The notes beneath the pieces are model-generated. The model was given only the letters and a program-made list of their open reading frames with translations. It did not search any database and was not told where the DNA came from. Both the position numbers and the translations under genes were made by a program. Below, piece by piece: positions 36,041-50,879 of a DNA stretch of 64,000 nucleotides. Within the stretch, counting starts at the first letter, position 1, and every line of letters begins with the position of its first letter. Source of the stretch: Sphagnum compactum (Eukaryota); contig OZ234494.1 of NCBI GenBank assembly GCA_965153455.1, positions 4,898,001 to 4,962,000 of the forward strand. The letters are read 5' to 3'.

Positions 36041-38724
36041 CACATCATCACTCGGGAGATCAGCTATTTCCTCCAGCTTGGTCTGGTTGTTTGATTTTCA
36101 GTTTTAAAAGTAGGAAATGGGAAAATTTGGAGGTTACTTACAATTTGGAAGTATGGACCATGGCTGAACGTCAGAAATGTCCTCCCAGTTAGTTCTGACA
36201 TCTTTAAAAGTTTTTGGAAATCCAATGTAGCAATTCATGTACGAATGGTTCACCACCGCAACTATATATTTCCATTTACTTCCCCTTTCCCATCATTACC
36301 AGCAATTCAAAGATCCCCCACCATAGTATTCTCCCTTGGTAGGCAGAGAGCACAGCATGCATGGGACCAAAAAGTCCAATTCAATACCAAACACAAAAGT
36401 TAACAAAAATTCCCGAATGCATAGATATATATACACACCACACAAAATGATGCCACTCCCTCAAATGGGACAACAAACAAGCATCCAAATTACAACCAAA
36501 AGTTTGCAGTTCTCATGTGCATAGAGTCCATCAATTGCCCAAATATGCTCAAATTAGAGTCTCCACATACAGTAGCTGGTATCCAAGAGGTTAAAAAGCA
36601 ATTTGACATACGATATCCTTTTTTCAACAACAAAACCAAACTCCCACCTTGTGCTAATTACTCAGACACTACATTCTCACGTGGACCCAATGGGCAACAT
36701 GCCGACCTGATGACCTTGCTGGGATTTGGCAGAGTATTAAGAGAGCACCTTAAATCCACAAGATCCCATCTTGACAAGAGGAGATCGTTTTACAACTCTG
36801 GGCGAGCTCTTCTTACATTTTCATAAGGGCCTGTCGATTTTGCGTTGCATGTCAGCTATGAGGGTGAGCGGCACCTTATTCTGGTAACACCCTTGTCCTC
36901 GAGCTTCTATATAACACAGAGAAAACCTATCTTGGAAACCATGACAATGCATCAGGCATGCATGCAAATGAGGTGAATCGAAGATTTATTTCTTGACAAT
37001 GACCAACTAATCACCAATTTGATCAATACCCCGAATTTTCACTCTGTTGGCCTTGAACTGATTTACAGGTTGGGATTGGGTTCATCCCCAGAGTGTATAA
37101 CTATTACCAAGTTGCATTCAAGGATCAATGGCATGTCAGGAATTTTTTATTCAGTGGTTGATTGTGTTGTGGTTAAGTTACCCTATAGAAGTTTAGCTTA
37201 ATAAATTGTGCTTAGTGGCAGATTAGCTCAGAATTTGTGTGAATGGAGTTTCAGACCTTTCATGGATTGAGTATTAAACTTATTCAAAACTTGTTTTTGT
37301 GTTGATACAAGTTTTTTATGATGTGTTTATGTAAGTTTTGTTGCAAGGTTTGGCACGTGGGTTTGTGTGGTTTTTGTTTTTCAAAGTGTTTGGGTTTGAA
37401 TTTTTGTCTATTGCAAATGAGTACATTTTTTTTAATCACTAAAAAAAATTAAATTCTACATTGCTATCTGGCTTAGAGATACCTTAGTTTCATATAAGGA
37501 GCTGGTTTGGATGTGATGTCTCATTAAGGATACTTGTGTGTTATTTGGTTTTTGTGTTTGTGAACAACAATAAGTGTGGGTGTCAATGTGATAGTGCATG
37601 ACATGTGAATATGTGCGTTGTTTTTTGTGCGATAATACCACGAAACCTAGGTATGAAAAACCAATACTTTTGTGCAATAGAAAAAGTCTCAGAAGCAATA
37701 TTAAACTCTGAAGTTTGACTTGATTTTGTTTTTGTTTTTTTTTTGTTGGGACCAAAAGAATTGTTTTTTCTACTGTAAATGTGACTAAGTTTTCTAATTT
37801 TTTGGGAACTTTTTGCCAAATTTAGACTCATCACAAAACAAAATTGAGGGGGGAAAAGAAAACCGTCTTTGAGCCTTGGAACTCACCCATGTCTTTTCTT
37901 GGTTATTGAAGATTGACTTTCAAGTGAATAAGTTTGCAACTTTTGGAAGCTCGAGGGTTGAGAATGGTCTAATGCAGGTGAAAGCGTAGGCACTTATGTG
38001 TAGGTAGGGGGACACAGCCTCAACACTATTTCTTGGAAACCAGCGAAAAGGAGATGAGCAATGAAAGAAGTGTGTTGATTTCAAACAGTATTCTCATTTG
38101 TGGTGTTTTTGTGCATCGAGTTTTTGAGTACCAATCTTCGAACTCAAAGCTTCTTCTTGGTAGACGCTGGATTCTGTGTACTATGTAGGTAGCCTTTGTT
38201 TTAGGTTGGGTGTAAAGAAAGATGTGGGAGAAATTTGTGCAACACGAAGGTTGTTTTGTTTTGTTTTTAAACATTAGTTTGTTTCCTCCTAGATTTCTTC
38301 CAATTTTGTGCTTTCATGACGTGGTTTTGGGTTGGTGAGTTGCATATTGGGCTAGTTTATATCGGTGTCTGGTCTGTTGAAATCATGTTTTTGTTAGACT
38401 GACTGAGATTACATTGAGTATTGACGTTTTGTTTGCTTGGTGGGTAGGGGGCGGGTTGTTGTTTTGTTGTGTTTTGGTGGGGGGGGGGGGGAGAAAAGGG
38501 GGGAGGGTGGGTTTTCTCTCTTACGAAACTTGATTGCTTGCAATAATAATCGGCAGAAGTTGAGGCTCAGGAGAACTTGGAGAAGCTACATGAGCAGTGT
38601 CGAGCAACTGGGTAACAGTTGTGGCTCTCTCGGCGGGAGCTAGAAGATGGGTGGCATCCGCACTTGAGCTTTGAGGGGAAGAAGAAGCAAGGAGGGAGAA
38701 GGGACAGGGAGAGGTTGTTTCAAT

Positions 38725-41276
38725 ATGGGTTGCTGTGTATCATCTCCAGCAGTAGTAGTGGATGGCGAAGACGCGGGAAGACAGACTAATAAGAAAGTAA
38801 TGAAGAAAGAGTCGCTGGACGCGTTGTCAACAGAGACGAAGAATGATGCGCTTTTGGCTTTAATCCCCGGTAGAATGTTTGCCAATGGTGCAAGTAACAC
38901 AGCGTGTGTATTCACGCAACAGGGAAGGAAAGGAACCAACCAGGATGCCATGGTCGTGTGGGAGGTGACTCCTCCTCCTCCTCCTCTTCCTTCTCTCTAA
39001 ACGAACCATACCTACGTGCCTCCCTCCCTCCCTCCCTCCTTCCATGCTTTCCGACAAAGAAACAAACCCCACTTATAGTGAAGGAACGTACCGGTAGCTG
39101 ATGTAAATTTAGACATTCGTCTCTGAAGCAGTCACGAATGTATTTAGTAATAGACTGTGGCAACAAAGCCACTCTGATTGCTTCATCTCAAAGATCAGAT
39201 TCCGGATGGGACGCAGCCATACAAGTGATGTATGAGGCATGTAGTGATGAAAATACACGGAGTCATGACAAGCGAATGAGAGAGTTTTCAGGCTGATCTG
39301 CTTTTATTAGTCTGTCAGTAATAATAGACTCTAGCTATCTATCTTACACTGATTTGTGCCATGCAGGGTTTTGCAACTATGGAGGACACTGTTTTTTGTG
39401 GGGTTTTTGATGGGCATGGTCCTTATGGACATCTTGTTGCCAGGAGGGTTAGAGACTCTTTGCCCTCAAAGCTTGTCCATTACTGGCAGGAAGAATTGGC
39501 TGCAAGAAAGGAAAGCAAAGAAGCTCAGAGACAGGAAGGGCAGAACACTGCAGGAGTAGAACTGAAACACAATGGTGCAATTGCTAGCCATGAGACCACA
39601 AACAATCAGCCTTTGATGGGAAATCCACAATGTGTGCAATCAAAGTCCATGCCAAATGGGCTGCTAACACAGCAAGAGAATTTCCCAACTGGTGCGGCAG
39701 ACGACATGGTGGCCTTGGGAAGTGAGCATGGAAGAGAGCCTGCAATATTTGGAGCTTGGAAAGAGTCACATTTGATGGCATACAGAGTAATGGACAAGGA
39801 ACTGTTTTCACATCCGAGTGTTGACTGCTTTTGCAGTGGAACCACAACTGTCACGGTCTTGAAGCAGGTGGGCCAATGTTCCTTCACCACTGCTGGTCCA
39901 TGTCTCAAAATGGGCATCATCCTTTGACATTTGTGCATATTGCTTACATCAGATGAGCTACAGAACTCAACCCTAATGAATCAGTGCAATCTTTTGAAGG
40001 AAGTCTTCACTTGCCTGTAATGTGTCTCTTCTCAGGGCCAACATCTTGTGATTGCAAACGTGGGAGATTCTAGAGCAATTCTGGCAACAAAGGATGAAAA
40101 TGAGGATTTGAAAGCCATCCAGCTGACTGTAGATCTGAAGCCCAACTTGCCACGTAAGCAAACCCACTCACAGGTTCACCTTTTGCTGAGTTGATCAGTT
40201 GCTTGTCACATTAACAAGTTGCTTCTGGTTAGTCTTTGCCTTGTTTTCTTAAAAGCTTTTTCTAAAGTTTCTTCTGGTGCCATGACATCACAGAGGAGGC
40301 AGAACGCATCAGGCAATGCAGGGGCCGAGTATTTGCCTTACATGATGAGCCAGAGGTTCCTCGGGTGTGGTTGCCATTTGATGATTCACCAGGTTTAGCA
40401 ATGGCCAGGGCTTTTGGTGATTTCTGCCTGAAAGATTATGGAGTTATTGCTGTCCCAGAGCTGTCTTACCACCTATTGACTGACAAAGACCAGTTCATTG
40501 TTCTGGCAACTGATGGGGCAAGTCTCTTAGAACCATCATTCCCGCCTTTTGAAAATTGCTATCACTGTTCCACACTGGTCAAAGTCTGGCACAGTTAGTT
40601 AAAGTATTCCTGAATGCTGCAATATGCTTTGCTGAATATGAGTTACTCAATTATTTGAGTGCAGATATGGGATGTGCTGAGCAATGAGGACGTAGTCCAT
40701 GTCATAGCATCAGCGCCCACACGTGCCACAGCGGCCCGAGCCTTGGTGGAGTCAGCTGTTCGTGTTTGGAGGCTCAAATACCCAACCTCCAAAGTGGATG
40801 ACTGTGCTGTTGTTTGCCTTTACTTGGATCACACAGTGTCAACTTCTGGCCAACTCAAGACAGTAGACCACTCTTCTCCACCATGCCAACCCACCCATCT
40901 CAAACACCAGCCTCTAACTGAAGCAGCACAGATGCTGCCTCTGAATGTGAGTGGCACAAAGAATAGCCCTGTTGTGGGAATTTCTAAAGAAACCACAAGT
41001 TCAACACAGAGTATTGCATCTGCCTCAACCGCAGGTAGAGACCCACAAACTTCTGGGTCAGGAATGGGAGAAATCACGATTGGTGAGGCTGGTGAGGCTG
41101 GTGAGAAGAGTAAACCACACCAGCAACGCAGTTTAGCAGAATGGCTGGGTGCAGATGAGGATGAAGAGTGGTCTGCCCTAGAGGGTGTGACACGTGTCAA
41201 CTCTCTCCTCAATCTTCCAAGGTTTTCAGCAGGAGACAAGAGATTGGATGGAACTCCAAAAGACCTACACAAATAG
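38725..41276 (+). CDS. Protein phosphatase 2C, clade E (EGR-like), 564 aa. Exons 38725-38964, 39367-39867, 40036-40153, 40294-40517, 40665-41276
   Basis: Complete PP2C motifs: QGRKGTNQDAM, FCGVFDGHG, CSGTT, ANVGDSRA, GLAMARAFGD, LATDG|IWDVL, KVDDCAVVCL. Has an N-terminal MGCC acylation motif and a C-terminal WSALEGVTRVNSLLNLPRF motif. Exon lengths sum to 1695 nt in frame; intron 4 is GC-AG. Confidence 0.95.
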
Positions 41277-42571
41277 ACACGTGTTCATGCAGAGATAACA
41301 CTCTCGGCAAGCCCAAGGATAGGAGTGGAAGAGCAAAGCCAATTTTGACACAAATTCTGCCAGCCTCAAACCTGGAAAAGCGAGGGAGCCAGATATAGGG
41401 CAATGAACTATGGTTTTGTATTATGTAAATCCGTGCTGTAATTTGTGCCTTCATTTTAAACTTTTGAATAGGGTCCATTGCGGTTTGGCTGGTGGTTCAC
41501 TCTCTTGCAGTCTACTCTAGCCTTCCCTGCTGAACAGCTGTTTGGTTGCAGATGTAGCAGTCTTCCATTTGTACATACAACCCAGAGCTAGGCAATGAGA
41601 CCTCAGTTTCAACAAGGAATGAGCTGAGGTGATTATTTTGTGTTTTCCGTACTGCTGGAAAACCCTCAATACTGAGCAGAACTCATTATCTCGATATCTC
41701 AATTTAAACTTCACATAATCTGCAGCAGTTGAAGCTGTGATGTGGGGACTGATATGAATGTCATTGTCCATCTGTTTGATATGGTCAAAAAGACAACTCT
41801 TTGGCTACCTAGCCCCTGGGCTTTGTAATAGCTGGAAACTTAGTGGACTTGGACAATTTTTCCAGACATGAAAAGGTATGGTTTCTCCAGGACAATCAAT
41901 AGTTTCATATTTCATTCATGGGCTTGAAGATTCACTGGACTTTAGATCTCTGAGTAATATATACACAACAAAGTGCAGTTTAGAAGTCGCAGCTTTTGAG
42001 AATCAGCTTCACATGCTTAGCTGTAACTTTAAATCCATTGCTTCATCTAAAGACAAGTACACTCCTTGTGCTTGTCAGACTTCTTGAATGGAGGACACTG
42101 TTTCAATGCTTGACTGAGCAACCAAGAGTTTTTGTGTGCTTGAATTGTTGATTTTCTGTTGAGGTGTTGCTGTTCTATTACACCTTGACATTGTGCGGAC
42201 ATGGAGGACGTTTCAAAAGTGTTCAATCAGGATGCGCATTGAACATCTCAAGATATATTCTGCTTGGCAACAAACTCTTTGAAGAAAAAGAATGTCATGA
42301 CGCCTCCTGACTTACACTTCACCCTTGGAGCTATTGTCTCCTCTTGAAGGTGTGGTTTCATGTCTTTTAACCTTAAAGATTCTTGTGTTGCTTTCAAAGG
42401 TGGAGAATTTCTACGAGGCATAATAACTGCACATGTCTGATTTTCACCCTTCAAGGAGTTCACCTAATGACCCCAATAGTAGCACATAACATAAATGTAA
42501 AGCACTAGAGAAATTTCCTAATACATTGGAAAGGCACATTATATCCATGAATATTGCTCCAAGTAACACGA

Positions 42572-42663
42572 GGAGAGATATTATGCCTACTCCTTAAGAG
42601 TTAGTTGCATCTTATGCCTATATGCCTTCCCTCTCTTATGGAGTAGGTGTAAGAAAGCTCTCC
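42572..42663. other. Imperfect ~92-nt hairpin (pre-miRNA-like or tiny MITE)
   Basis: ggagag..ttatgcctactccttaagag pairs with ctcttatggagtaggtgtaa..ctctcc: a ~20-bp core stem with one mismatch and G-U pairs. Confidence 0.4.
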
Positions 42664-43303
42664 CCCCTCCTATAGCTTGTGATCTGTACATGTAGATTCA
42701 TGATAGCCTTTGTCTAATGCTTTATGATCAGTAAAACCCACTTGTGGGGACAGTCACAAAATGTGGGTGGATGGACTTGGCTATTGCCTTGTCCTAGGCC
42801 CCTTATTTGGAGCTTTACGTATGCATGGCACATCATGTATTCAAAATGATTGTACTCATGCATGACCCATACTTCGAGGATTGGATACAAGAGATTGTGT
42901 GGGCACATTCTTAACACTCCTTTTCTTGCATCCTCTCTAACCCCATCTTTGACATGCATATATCTATTGTGCAGAAAATCCGTGATGCCAAATCCAAAGT
43001 AGGAAGTGCAAGATTCTGAATAGTACATCTTTGCCTTCTTCAAATGCCATGACAGTAACACATGAAATTAAGAGTGTGACGAAGGATGGCCTCCTATTGC
43101 AATTGGAGCTTGGGATGTACACAATATATGTATATATTGCTCAGTGGTGTTTTGCTTGTTGAAAAGATCCAACCAAAAGTGCACAATAGGACCCACCTCT
43201 TCAATTCATACTGCTGATGAAAGTGTAAAAGTACCAAATTTGTCAAGAGGCTAACTCTATTAGCCTATTCTATCTTTACTAACCTGAGATTTTGTCAAAA
43301 TTA

Positions 43304-43514
43304 AGGTCCGTTCACACTTGGTGTTCGGGACTAGTGTTGAGTCCCTTAACGCCATACTAGTCATTTAAGACTTAAAACTTATTTATCATGAAGATTTTAT
43401 GTTAAACTAACATTCACTTAACATTAAGCTATTGCCCATTTAACATTGGGTGCGACCTAGGATGCCACCTAGATCTTCATTTAACATTGATTAACATCAA
43501 GTGTGAGTGTGCCA
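43304..43514. mobile_element. PIF/Harbinger (Tourist-like) MITE, 211 bp
   Basis: Imperfect TIRs aggtccgttcacacttggtgtt / aacatcaagtgtgagtgtgcca, flanked by TTA on both sides (43301-43303, 43515-43517). Confidence 0.7.
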
Positions 43515-46500
43515 TTAGTAACATAGATATCAAGGCCCGCCATTCCCGATGGCTTATAAGCAACTCAACTGCACAAACTATTTCTTCCCATGGCTTGTTT
43601 CCACTTAGTTATTGGGTCCTTTTGCGCTCCTCTGATGCCTCCCAAGTTTTTGGGTTTGCATCAAGGGTTAGGAAGGATATTTTTATTCCATTTAACCCTC
43701 TCTTGGTTTTGGGGTTAACATGATTAAATAATGTCGACTCATGTTCAGCATTAATTAATTCCTAAAACGGCTAGTCAAACCCCCCAAAAAAAAAAAAAAC
43801 CTAAGAGCAATTTGCTGAAATTCTGGAGAATTGAACCTAGTTCATAACACAAGATAGCTTTGAAACTTCCAAACAATACAAAAAATTGGGCAGCTTGGGG
43901 AAACTTAGGAATTTTTCCATGCTACACAAAACATTTGGGCACTCTGGAGATTTCTTGAGAAAAGTTTTCCAGGATGCTCACATGAAAGAGAGTATATTGC
44001 TGAGAACAACATTGGAAGCTCTTTGGAGCATGAGGTGGTGGGGGGGGGGGGGGGGAGTATTTTAACCTTTTGAAATCACGGGGTCAAACTAACCTCCTTA
44101 ATCCACGCTAACTTGATCCAAAATCTAGAAAAAATAAAGATATTTATTTCTAGGGTTAAGATATCTCAACACATTTATCCCCTTCTTAACTCCAATACCA
44201 TGTCATTTGCCCAAGTTAGTTTTTCCTTGTTTTGTGTGAATAACAAAACATTAGAGTCAGTTTTTCTTTTAGTTTAAATCATTTACCATCTCAGGGTGGA
44301 TCCAACAATAGTGGTAGTAGATACATATAAAATAGCATGTCAAAAATTTCAAACCAGTATCCAACAACATTCAAAGAATTGTAAATAATTTCAAATAATT
44401 TAATGATCCGTTTATAGGAAGGATGATAGTTCTAGAAGGATAGTATGTGCCATAATATTATTGAATTATAATTGATGAACAAATAATGTTTAGTAAATGT
44501 AGGCGAATAGGTTGATACTTTTATTCATTTCTTCCTTCAAGTATGTAAGAGGTTGTGAGTGAAGCTTCATGTTCATATTTTCCTTTTCGTAACTTCATGT
44601 TGATACTTTGTGTTAAGCCTTGGGATAAGTTTTTTGTGTAATGAACTTATGTTGAAATAAACATATTTGTCATTTTGATCATGCAAGTATTCACAAGAAC
44701 AAACATATCTATTTTTGGTGTATGATTCCCATGAAGTGAGGTTTTTAATTGCATGTGGTGAGAGCTCCTCATTGGGTGCAACCCGCACAAAAACCAAGTT
44801 TTAGGTGGGTGGTCCTACTTTAAAAAAATGTAAGTTTCATCTCTTGCATTTTTCAAGTGGTTTGTATGTAGTGTTGTTGTTGGCAAGTTTTCACAACTTG
44901 GTATAATTTATTTTTTTTAAAATTGTGAATTTATGGACTTTTTTGTGATTTTAAAATTTAAACATAATCAAATTAACAACATCTAAACCTAGGCACTTCC
45001 TAGGTTATCACCTATAGCATCACTTTTGTAAAAATGTTATATCCCACTTAGGATAGTTGTCATTTAATGTTAATTAATAATGGGGATCCTTACCAGTGGA
45101 CCTACTTTAAGAATTTTGAAAAAAAATAAATCATGTTGATACAATGTGTGAGTGTTATGTGATAATTCAATTGTACAACTTACTTATGTGCTAGTGATGA
45201 TTTAATTAAAAATCAACCTTCATAGGTCTAGACCTTTCCCAACCTATAGTTCCATTTCACTTTGAGAGAAACTTTTCACCCAAATACGTAATTTCATTTT
45301 CACTCATAAGTTATGAGCTATATCATCTTGATATTTCACAAATTAAAAAATGAACACATGTTGGCAAAAAAATTCATGGTTGGATTGCCTCCAACCAAAA
45401 GACTTTATTGATAAACCAATGATAACATTAGTAACAGATGGTAGGAATGGCAAATGAGAAAAAGTAGTTTTAGGGTTTTAGTCAAAACCCTAAAATCATA
45501 ACCTTTTATATAATAGAAGGGAGAAAATTGGGTTCCAAATTTGGACATATCTATACATTTGTATCTATCTATACATACAAATTCCACAAAAAGGTTGAAT
45601 GTCAAGGTGTCTTCATACTTTTGAAAAGGAGGTGTGTACCAATGTTGTGGAACTTTTGATATTCAAGTTAGGTAAGTGTAACATAGCATACGGTTATTTC
45701 ATCCTATGTAAAATAAGGTAAAACACAAAAAATTACACACACTTATAAGGTTTTACACATTATAAACCCTAAAGCAAAAAAAAGTTGGTTTGTTTATGCA
45801 AAGTCAATAAGATTTATGCATTGAGATTTTTGAGTGGTAGAGGTTTCCATGCTTTTACCGACACATGTAGACAAAAGGCATGGGTACCCTTCAATCTAAA
45901 TCATATAAAGGTAAGGAGACAAAACATACTTCTTCATTCAAGAAATTGAGGTTGTTTTCTTCATTTGGTGAAGGGCCTGACACATCCAAATCCAAATACC
46001 CTTCCTCGCTTGCCATAGCCCTTCACATAAAACCGAAACATGAATCATGAAACTTTGCTTTCATTTCATTGCTGTAAAATAAACCATGTATAGATCAATT
46101 CATCAAAATTTTGTACATTCCATGGAGAGGGAACACACAAAGAAGAAATGAAATATACATTTGCAAATGGTAGTGTGGTCATTCTACCACAAAAAAAGGT
46201 TTATAAAAAAATTAGGGTATATTGAACTCCCATTGCTATGGAAGGTTTGTAAAAAATGTGGGTATTGCATTTCAAGTCAGATTTGGGTATTAGAAACCAT
46301 TGTAAGACATAATGATTACTTAATTTTGTTGAGATAAGTAAATATTTAAATTGATGTTGAAATTTTTGGATGAATTTGTACAACAATATTCATATTGTAT
46401 GATGGGAACATTTGGAACATTTGGATAAATTTAAAGTGAATCTAATGAGCATATGAAGTACCCAAAATCACTTTTAAAGCAATATAACCAATGCTTTTCA

Positions 46501-49500
46501 ACATTTAAAGGACTTTAAAAAGAATTTGAAATTATTTGAAAATAACATTTTTATGGGAAACCATTTATTTATGTAATTTTTACATAATGACATAAATATG
46601 CAACATTTTTTGGATCATATGAATTTAAAAATAACTAAATCAAATTTTTTAAATAGTTTCAAAAAAATTCCACTTTAAAGGACTTAGTCATGTCCTTGTT
46701 TGATTCCTAGTATTCTTATCATTGATGACTATGATTTTAAAAAATGTGCAATATGACCAAGGGTTGGGCTCACATAAAATAAGGTGTTGATGAAACTTGT
46801 GTATCAATGTTAGGAGTTGCAAGATGATCACAACATCACCACCTACATTTGCAAAAAAAAATGTAAATGAAAATGAGCAACATGGTGGAGCTCACCTTAA
46901 ACGCTAACCTTACTATGCAAGACCATAATGAAAAACTTGCAATTTATCCACAGTGCAAAATCACAAAGAATGTAAGGAGTAAGAAGTTCATTTGAAACAA
47001 ATCTTTTGTTAGAATTCATAGCAACAACACAAATAGTCGCAAGATGACAACATCATTCCCAAATGCACCCATAAACAACCTAGGCCAAGGAAAACAACAT
47101 GTGAGGGAGTTTGCAAGACCATAATGAAAGGGATTTTGTAAGATATCATTATTTTATGTTCCGTACTTTTTTTTTCTATCTTACATATCTCCCTTTTCTT
47201 TCCTCATGCATATCATTTGCCCTTTCCCTTTTTCCCTAGTTTTTTTATTCTTCTTTTATTGAATCAACTTCATTTTCACAACCATCATCTTGAATTTTGG
47301 AGGGAGAAGAAAAAAACAAAATGCAATATGCATATGTAGAGGGACTTGTGTATTGTGTTCATTGTTCATTATTCATCCTCCCACAACAGATTAAGGTTTG
47401 TAATAGAATGAAGGTATTACACTTGCCTAGGTCATTAAAAATTATGGTTTTGTATAAAATCGAGGGTATCAATAATTTTTATTTACTCTTACATGGTGAA
47501 AAAAAAAACACAACATAATGTAAATGGGTTAAATCACAATTAAAGGAGCCACCCAAGTGAGTGGACACTCCTTAAAACTGCATTTTTGTATGTTTAAAAT
47601 ATCACAAGGGTGCTTAATAGTTTGGATCGTCATAAATTTTTTTGGAATATTTTTCATTAATTGCAAAGTTTAAAGCTTGACAAAAATAAAAAGAGCGTTT
47701 GCATGTTCAAATTTGAAAAGCACTCAAACCTCGAGAGTGGACAGTCCTTGTTTTTTTTCAAATGTATTTTTTTTCTACCAAATGTGCACCATTCCTTTTG
47801 AAAATTGGAGAGGATTTTAACATTGATGATGAGAGGGCAAAATGACTTGAATTGATGAAAATTATTTTTATAACCCATTTGAGCACATTTGGTTCAAAAG
47901 TGCTTTTGACCTTGAAAATTATAGATTTTGAAAATGTGGCTTTAATAAAAGTTGTTCAATGTGATAGAGGGCATGGATGCATAATATACATGATATAAAA
48001 TCAATTTGTAATCAAAATGTATTTATATCTAAAATGAATTGTTCAATGGGGTATCCAAAATATAAACTTTTAAGTTATAAACCAATGCAGGAATGACACG
48101 TGTCATATGTAATCCTTGAAAAAAAACTTTTACCTTGGCGCCCTTGGCTCCTTTGATCGTGATATCACCCAAATGTATTTGATAAATATACATGCACAAA
48201 CATTGAGCAATTGCTAATGTAAGTCCCCAAGATATGCCCAATGCATAGGATAAGTGTAGGTGTAAAAGGCTGGGTGTGAATATATATTATGATTTATGGC
48301 TTCGACATTGGTGTTTATGTATATAACTTAAGTCCATGAAAAAAATGTTGTTTATGAAAAAAACATTCTCCCATATTTTCACAAGAGAATATTTTTTGCA
48401 AACTCTTTTTTTGAAATTTTGTAAATTTTTGAAAATTTTAGGATCCAAGTGCAAAGGCATTAAAATCACATAATTAGACAAAGCAATTTCACTTGCCCAC
48501 CAAAAATAAACCAATAGATTTTGTTTAGATCTCAAGTTTAAAAGTCAAAGGACACACACCTTTTTTCATGAACTCTTGGTGTCTCGGTTCATGATGGGGT
48601 ACCATGACTATGATTAAGGCAAAGAGCAAACTTAAACCTAAATCCAACTATGAAAAATGATAATAAAAAGCAATGCTAGAAAACATGCAAGAAAAGTACC
48701 CAAACAAAAGTGTATTTGAGAAATGCAAAGATTTGAAACATGAAACAAAAAAACAAGATTACAACATAAGATGTTTTAATACCTCAAATTAATGTTGAAC
48801 AAACTAAAGGTAATGGTGGGTTTAACATTTTAAATATCTACTTGGGGATTTAATTCAAAAGAAACTTCCATGGTAGCTTCCTCAAGGCCCAATGACCATG
48901 ATACCTTCTTCCCAATATTTAATATGGATGAAAAATGGAAGATGGTGGATAAATTTCATCCATTATGGACATGAAAATGGGTGATGATGGTTGATTAACC
49001 AATGTTGGTGATGGATATAACATGGTTATCATCATTGTGGATGGTGATGGATATATTATGCTAGTCATTAATTATGAGGTTGACTAATGTTGACAACGAT
49101 AAAGTTGGATGACAATGCATGAACTTCATCCATGAGCAACAAGTTAACCTTGATGCATTGTAACTTGTCATATAACTAATCGTAATTTGTTAGGTTGGTT
49201 GTTGGTCATTAGATTTGTCATCCATGACAATGGGATTCTTTCACCTAGCTTGAGTTAAGGTTCACACCATTTCCACTTGCTTTCTTTGGCAATGGTATTG
49301 AAAAGTGAGGTTATTCTTGAATCAAAATTCTTACTAAAGTTTTAATTCCAAGTGGGATTCCCCTAAGTTTTGACAAGTGGTATTGATGGTAAATCGTGAT
49401 TTAACAATGGAGCATGCTCCCTAGTTCCTTGTGATTGAGATTGTTGGCATCCAACCTTATAACTACCTTACAACCACCATACCAACATATTATGATGCTT

Positions 49501-50879
49501 TTGTTACCACTAATTATAATATTTGTAAAAGCCATACCACTCAAAGAATATATATTTTTCCATTCCCCAACATTTCAATGTTAGGAAAAAAGACTAGCCA
49601 AATCTAGTAAACGAATGCTCAAGAGGCAACTGAACAATAGGATAGCAAGAACCAATAGATAATTGAATTTTTTCTTTATTGAATTTAATGGTTAATAAAA
49701 CTTAAATTGTCGAATATTGTAAACAATTGATTGCAATAATTATCAACAAAAATGGATAGCTTAAAAATAGTTCTAATTGATTACGAACAATATACAAAGG
49801 CATAATTAACAGACAAAGAGGCTTTTGATTGCTATGTAATTTTGGTGAATATTGTAGCAAATTGTTTTCTCATTTGTGTGTGTGTGATGATATATGTGTA
49901 CGTGTGAAGTTGTGAGAGGAGGATCTGATAGCCTTGGTTATTGTGAAGGTAAAAGGGGGTGGTATTGAAGCTATTCAAGATGAACATGTTGTTACAAAAG
50001 TGATGGTAGGAATAGATCAAACTTTTAGCTCTTGAAAAGAAGTTTAACAAAAGGCTTTAAAATGATGTTGTTTAAGATACATGAATAGTTGTAGTACAAT
50101 ATTAAGATTAATGAAATCATGTCCAAAGTTAAAGGGATGCCTCGGTTATTCTAACATGTGGTGTTTGGAATAATAGGAAAGGGGCAAGAACCTAATCGTG
50201 ATAAAATTTTTAGAAAAATTGTAAAAACTTTATTGCTAACATTTAGCGACAATGTTAGGGAACGATTCCTTCAATTAATCAACTTCATGGGAGAACCAAG
50301 AAGGAGAGTCAAGCGGGTCCAACCATGTGATAAGGAGTCACACGTGCCCCCTTAGACCACTACTTTTTTGTTGTTTTTTTGAAGAATTTTTGAAGAATTT
50401 TTTAAATACATCTTTCAAAAAAACTTTAAAAAAATTAAAAGTTTCTTGATACTGTTATGTTAATGTGTATATTAAAGAAAACCCAAAATATTTCATAATT
50501 AAAAAAAAAAATTATGCTTTTAATGTCAAAACTATTTCTAAACAATGGTTACAAGTCTTTAAAAGTGTAAATTACGTATTTTTTACTCATTAAATTGATT
50601 CCGAATTGATATGTACATAATGTATTTACATTATAATTTTATTCAAAAAATTCTATTTTTAATTTCTTATTATTTCTTACAATCCAAAATTCACAAAATT
50701 AAGTAGTGGTTACAATTGTTAATGACTACACCCAAGATGATTGTGTCAAATTTGGGTTTATATTATGTGGTTACTTTTTAAAAATGGGATAAACAAACAA
50801 AAAAATATAGTTATCTTGGGGCCATTTGTGCCAATAAACCAAAAACAAATATAATGAAAGATTTTATAGATATAGGTAT

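Noticed and set aside
39244-39297. Intronic C/D snoRNA (GTGATGA…CTGA)
   Set aside because: Only ~54 nt, with no convincing C'/D' boxes or recognisable rRNA guide.
48579-50203. LTR-retroelement fragment bounded by tgtctcggtt…aatcgtgata
   Set aside because: No TSD and no recognisable gag/pol motif. Probably TE debris but not definable.
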